The notes under the pieces were generated by a model. The model was given only the letters and a program-made list of their open reading frames with translations. It was not told where the DNA came from and did no database searches. Source: an uncultured Candidatus Rokubacteria bacterium (lineage in GTDB: Bacteria > Methylomirabilota > Methylomirabilia > Rokubacteriales > CSP1-6). Taken from it: a stretch of DNA of 64,000 nt. The DNA lies in the NCBI GenBank assembly GCA_963754315.1, contig CAVWFS010000019.1:512001-576000 (forward strand), given 5' to 3'. Within the stretch, counting starts at the first letter, position 1. Each line of letters begins with the position of its first letter. Below, piece after piece: positions 59,691 to 64,000 of this stretch. The translations under genes were made by a program, and so were the position numbers.

Positions 59691-60590
59691 TTACCGGGAC
59701 CGGCGCTCCTCCAACTCCTCCAAAGTCCGTGGCCAGTCGGCGTGGAGCAGGCGTGACAGGGCGCGGTCGGCGAGGAGGCGACCGCCCGTCTGGCACTGGG
59801 CGCAGTAGTTGGTCTCGTTCTCGGCGTGGACAATGCGTTGCACGGACGATCCGCACACCGGGCACGGTTGGCCAAAGCGCCCGTGGACCGCCATTCCGGA
59901 CCGGAAGGCCGTGACCTTCTCGGGAAAGCCCTCACCGGTCTCCTGGCGGATGATCGCGATCCAATCCTGGAGCGTGTCACGGGCGGCGGTAAATAGCCTG
60001 GCCGTTTCCTCCTCGTCGAGCTGACGGGAGAGCTTCACCGGCGACAGGCGCGCCCGGTGGAGGATCTCGTCCGCATACGCGTTGCCGATCCCGCTGAAGA
60101 GGCGCGGGTCCGTGAGGGTCCGCTTGAGGGTGTGGCTTTCGCGCGTGAGCGCTTCCCGGAATGCGGGGAGATCGGCTTCGAACACCTCGAGGCCGCCGGG
60201 ATCGAGCTCGCGCAACTCCTCTTCACCCCGCACCACGTGGAGAGCGGCGCGCTTCTTGGACCCCGCTTCGGTGAGGGTGAGGGTTCCCGTGGAGAAGTCG
60301 AAGGCGGCCAGGCCCACCTTCCCAGGGATTCGCGCGCCCGGCTCCCGCCAGTGCAGGCGGCCGGCGATCATGAGGTGCAGGACCAGGAACAGGTCCTCAT
60401 CGAGCCCCACCACGATCCGCTTTCCCAAGCGGCGCAGCCCCAGCACGGACCGCCCCTCGGCCGCGCGCAGCGGCGGATCGAACGATCGCAAGAGAAACGG
60501 GCTCGACAGGCGCACGCGCATGAGGCGCGCCCCCGCGATCCGCTTCTCGAGCGCCTCGATATACCCAACAACGTCGGGAAGCTCGGGCAC
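59691..60590 (-). CDS. Fpg/Nei family DNA glycosylase
   Basis: N-terminal PELP, RRLGK, HL..AG, GIGNAYADE.L H2TH, CPVC..CAQCQ zinc finger. Confidence 0.9.
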   Translation of the reverse strand: MPELPDVVGYIEALEKRIAGARLMRVRLSSPFLLRSFDPPLRAAEGRSVLGLRRLGKRIVVGLDEDLFLVLHLMIAGRLHWREPGARIPGKVGLAAFDFSTGTLTLTEAGSKKRAALHVVRGEEELRELDPGGLEVFEADLPAFREALTRESHTLKRTLTDPRLFSGIGNAYADEILHRARLSPVKLSRQLDEEETARLFTAARDTLQDWIAIIRQETGEGFPEKVTAFRSGMAVHGRFGQPCPVCGSSVQRIVHAENETNYCAQCQTGGRLLADRALSRLLHADWPRTLEELEERRSR

Positions 60591-60665
60591 GCCTTCGAGG
60601 GTACTGCATCGCGAAAGCGAGATGACGTCTTGCATCGGCTCGCCACCCCCGCCTATGCTGCCTCG

Positions 60666-61307
60666 ATGCCCACGCGCGCCGCCGCCCCCACCGTCGTCCT
60701 CCTGGTACGCCACGCCCGGACGCCGACCACGGGTCAGGTTCTTCCCGGTCGTACCCCTGGCCTTCATCTCTCCGAAGACGGGCGCCGTGAGGCCGATCTC
60801 GTGGCGGCGAGGATCGGGGCTCTCAAGCGCGTGGCCGCCGTCTACGCCTCACCGCTGGAGCGAGCACGGGAGACGGCCATGCCGATCGTGCGCGCCTGCG
60901 ACCGCGCCCTCCGCATCGATCGAGGCTTGATAGAATGCGACTTCGGTGAGTGGACGGGGGCTAAGCTGAGCCGGCTTCAGCAACGGCCGGAGTGGCGGGT
61001 GGTGCAGCGCTACCCGAGCGGCTTTCGCTTCCCGGGTGGAGAGTCGTTCCCCGAAATGCAGACCCGGATTGTCTCGACCATTGCCCGGCTGATGCAGAGC
61101 CATCCCGGCCGTACTATCGTAGCCGTCTCGCACGCCGATCCGATCAAAGCGGCGGTGGCCCATGCACTGGGCACTCCCCTCGACCTGTTCCAGCGAATCG
61201 TCATCTCCACCGCCTCGGTGTCCGCCATCGCCTTCCGGCGAGAGGGACCAGTGGTCCTCACCGTGAACTCTCTGGCCGGCGACCTCGGTATGCTGGGAGC
61301 ATCGTGA
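60666..61307 (+). CDS. Histidine phosphatase (MSMEG_4193-like)
   Basis: LVRHA, SPL.RA.ETA, ECDFGEW.G, FPGGES, VSHADPIK. Confidence 0.85.
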   Translation: MPTRAAAPTVVLLVRHARTPTTGQVLPGRTPGLHLSEDGRREADLVAARIGALKRVAAVYASPLERARETAMPIVRACDRALRIDRGLIECDFGEWTGAKLSRLQQRPEWRVVQRYPSGFRFPGGESFPEMQTRIVSTIARLMQSHPGRTIVAVSHADPIKAAVAHALGTPLDLFQRIVISTASVSAIAFRREGPVVLTVNSLAGDLGMLGAS

Positions 61308-61855
61308 GCCAATCGTTCGACCTCCAGAGTCCGGATCACTTCACGGCGGGCGCCGTCGGCCCGTCCGGTCAGCGTGTCTTCTATCTGCAGGCCCGCGAGT
61401 CTGGATCGCTGCTGACGCTCAAGACCGAGAAGGAACACGTGCGGGGACTGGCCGAGTACCTGGAGGGTCTCCTGGCCAAGAACCCGGTGGCCGACGCGGA
61501 AGTCCCGCGCGATCTGGCTCTGCTGGATCCTATCGAGCCGGCCTGGAGCGTCGGGGCTATCGGCGTGGGCTACGATGAGGCCGAGGATCGCATCGTGGTG
61601 GTGGTCAACGAGCTCGTGGGCGAGGACGAGAGCGAGGAAGGAGCCACCGCCGAGGAAGGAGCCACCGCCGAGGAAGGAGCCACCGCCGAGGAAGGAGCCA
61701 CCGCCCGCATTCGCGTGACGCGCGCCCAGGCGGCTGGTTTCGTGGCGCGCGCGCGCGAGCTGATGAAGGCGAGTCGGCCTACCTGCCAGGTGTGCGGTGG
61801 GCCCATCGACCCCGGAGGTCATTTCTGTCCCCGAAGAAACGGTCACAAGGCCTGA
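61304..61855 (+). CDS. DUF3090-like protein
   Basis: FTAGAVG..GQR.FYLQA, EK, R..C..CG.P.DP.GH.CPR.NG. Confidence 0.8.
   Translation: MSQSFDLQSPDHFTAGAVGPSGQRVFYLQARESGSLLTLKTEKEHVRGLAEYLEGLLAKNPVADAEVPRDLALLDPIEPAWSVGAIGVGYDEAEDRIVVVVNELVGEDESEEGATAEEGATAEEGATAEEGATARIRVTRAQAAGFVARARELMKASRPTCQVCGGPIDPGGHFCPRRNGHKA
61633..61704 (+). repeat. Perfect 18-bp tandem repeat x4 (EEGATA)
   Basis: cgaggaaggagccaccgc repeated four times, in frame. Confidence 0.95.
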
Positions 61856-62574
61856 CTCGCAGATCACCCTCTTCCGCCGCGCCGGAACCGGCCGCCGTGC
61901 TGGCGGCGGGGGAGGTGCGGGTCAAGGGCCGCATGCCGTGGGCTAGCAACGCGACGTTTCTGGTGGAGCTGGCCCTCGAGTCGGCGATGACTCTCGCCAT
62001 CTACAAGCCGGAACGGGGCGAGCGGCCGCTATGGGACTTTCCCCGCGGACTCTACAAGCGCGAGGTGGCCGCCTTTCTTCTCTCCGAGGCCCTCGGATGG
62101 GGCATCGTGCCCTTGACCGTGATTCGCGACGGCCCCTACGGGGAGGGGTCCTTTCAGCTCTTCGTGAATGCCGACTTCGAGCAGCACTTCTTCACCCTGG
62201 TGGAGGACACTGCCCATCACGATTGCCTCCGACGGATCTGTCTCTTCGATCTCCTCGCCAACAACGCCGACCGCAAGAGCGGCCACTGCCTGCTCGGGCC
62301 CGAGGGGGCCATCTACGCCATCGACAACGGTCTGACCTTCCACGTGGAGCCGAAGCTCAGAACGGTCATCTGGCAGTTCAGCGGCGAGCCGATTCCCGAC
62401 CCGTTGCTCCAGGACGTGCAACGCGTCCTGGAAGGAGGCCTGCCACCGGCGCTGGCGGAGCTGCTCGATGCGAACGAGCGCAAGGTGCTGACCGCCCGCG
62501 CCCGCGCCGTGCTGACGGCGGCGCGTTTCCCGGGCGATAGGGCAGGCTATCGGTACCCGTGGCCGCCCGTGTAG
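61792..62574 (+). CDS. SCO1664-like PI3/4-kinase-fold protein; start uncertain
   Basis: SNATF, YKP..GERPLWDFP, REVAA, NNADRK.GH, IDNG, YPWP. Confidence 0.82.
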   Translation: MRWAHRPRRSFLSPKKRSQGLTRRSPSSAAPEPAAVLAAGEVRVKGRMPWASNATFLVELALESAMTLAIYKPERGERPLWDFPRGLYKREVAAFLLSEALGWGIVPLTVIRDGPYGEGSFQLFVNADFEQHFFTLVEDTAHHDCLRRICLFDLLANNADRKSGHCLLGPEGAIYAIDNGLTFHVEPKLRTVIWQFSGEPIPDPLLQDVQRVLEGGLPPALAELLDANERKVLTARARAVLTAARFPGDRAGYRYPWPPV

Positions 62575-62594
62575 GAGTCCGCCACGTTTCTTCG

Positions 62595-63626
62595 TCAGGC
62601 CCCGACGTCGGTTTTCTTGCCGGGACGACGCCGATGAAATAGTCCCAGCTGTGCCTCGTCGTGCACGAAGAGAAGGGCTCGCACGGTGATGGCGCCGAGC
62701 AGGAAAATGATGACGACCGAGAGGGCCAGATCGATGGCGGTGATGTAGTAGATGTTGGACGGCGTCAGGATCGCGCGGATCCCCCACACGCCGAGCACGA
62801 GGGCCCCGGAGTTCATGACGAGATCGTTCAGGGGGCGCAGGAAAACGGAGTAGGCCGCGGCCGACGCCACCAGCAGGACGAGCATGACGGCCAGGACCCG
62901 GAGGTAGCGCGGGCGCTCGAAGAGCACCTGGAACGCCTCCACATAGGCGAACGGGTCGTCCGCCGCCCGGACACTCTTCGGGTCGAGCATGGTGGGTCCC
63001 AGCATCATCTGGCGGGGCAGAAGCTCCTGGATCGTGAGAAAGAAGTGGCCGGTGGCCTGCTCCGGGGTGCGGGTCTCGACCGCGCCGTCCGGAAACACCC
63101 GCTGCAAGACGACGCCAATAACCATCCGATATTGATCGAACGGGTAGTGAATCGGATAGCCTCGCACCGGCAGCTGGAGCGTCGTAGAAACCTCGACGTC
63201 GTCCGGAGGGAGCGTGATGCTCTTCGACGGTGGAAGGCCAGCGGCCTCGTCGGAATCGGTGGCGATGGCGACGAACACCACCCGGTGACTCCAGGCGCAG
63301 TCCGGGCAATGGTGATGACCGGAAACGCGCAGGGTCGCCATGAGCTGCGTCTCGTCGATGGATACGAAGGCGAGATGAAGCTTGGCGTACGTCGAAGCCT
63401 CCGCGCCCGGTCGGGACTTCGTGATCTGAATGACGCGGCCCGTGGACGGTCCCAGGATATCGTCCACCACGCTCTTGACCGAGAAAGGCAGGGTCACCAC
63501 GAGGCAGAGCACCACCAGGGCGGTGACGAAGAACGCGATGCGGTATCTGAGCTGCCGTTTGCCGACCTGATCGTCCGTCACGCGGTCGGCGGTATCCAGG
63601 TCCAGCCGCTCTTGACTGTCCGCCAT
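62595..63626 (-). CDS. Membrane protein (N-terminal TM, soluble domain, 3 C-terminal TMs)
   Basis: YPFD.Y motif and hydrophobic pattern; RBS GGAG. Confidence 0.65.
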   Translation of the reverse strand: MADSQERLDLDTADRVTDDQVGKRQLRYRIAFFVTALVVLCLVVTLPFSVKSVVDDILGPSTGRVIQITKSRPGAEASTYAKLHLAFVSIDETQLMATLRVSGHHHCPDCAWSHRVVFVAIATDSDEAAGLPPSKSITLPPDDVEVSTTLQLPVRGYPIHYPFDQYRMVIGVVLQRVFPDGAVETRTPEQATGHFFLTIQELLPRQMMLGPTMLDPKSVRAADDPFAYVEAFQVLFERPRYLRVLAVMLVLLVASAAAYSVFLRPLNDLVMNSGALVLGVWGIRAILTPSNIYYITAIDLALSVVIIFLLGAITVRALLFVHDEAQLGLFHRRRPGKKTDVGA

Positions 63627-64000
63627 GCGGTCTCCTGACCGCCGTTCATGCTATCAGCTTCGCAGGTCGCTCCGAGCAACCCGAGCGGGACCGTGGCTTG
63701 ACTGCGGACCCGCGCCGACGCGACACTCTGCGCGTGAGCTCAGCAGGCTATGAGCCCTTCCTTCCCGGAGCCGATCTTCCTCGCTTCATTCGCGAGCTGA
63801 CCGAGTTCGTCGATCTGAACGAAGCCGACCTGGCCATCATCCGCCGCACAGCGTCCGTCGTCCTCACGCAGGAGACGGCCTTCACGGCTGCCCTCTACGA
63901 GCACTTTCTGAAATTCCCCCTGGCCGCCCGCTTCTTTCTTGGTGAGGACGGAACTCCCGACGCGGCACGGCTGGAGCGCCGCCGGCACAGCCTCGGACGC

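Noticed and set aside
61633..61704. CRISPR-like repeat
   Set aside because: Head-to-tail 18-mers with no spacers, inside a coding frame; no cas genes in the window.
63740..64000. Minus-strand ORF at the window edge
   Set aside because: Probably a truncated C-terminus; no product assignable.

Overview
High-GC bacterial chromosomal window. The gene content, especially the multiple COG2984-type ABC substrate-binding paralogues, is compatible with Ca. Rokubacteria/Methylomirabilota, but that assignment is inference only. Three parts: (1) 0-35 kb, catabolic and transport genes plus a small toxin-antitoxin/defence-like island; (2) 35.4-52 kb, a minus-strand integron with intI upstream of and co-directional with its cassettes, 7 clear attC sites, and four full-length ABC substrate-binding paralogues as cassettes; (3) 52-64 kb, an LLM/creatininase/NMT1-ABC/deaminase operon, aqpZ, fpg-like gene and an actinobacterial-type gene trio. 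One SBP cassette is split by a group II intron (41907-46638; EBS1/IBS1 pairing visible). The intron's reverse transcriptase is itself split, in its YFD motif, by a 2.7-kb large-serine-recombinase element. That element's first gene has no start codon when integrated and gains RBS+ATG in frame only on circularisation across attP. Many single frameshifts, several in homopolymer runs, suggest long-read indel errors, so pseudogene calls are provisional. All product names come from motif recognition by eye; no database searches were run.
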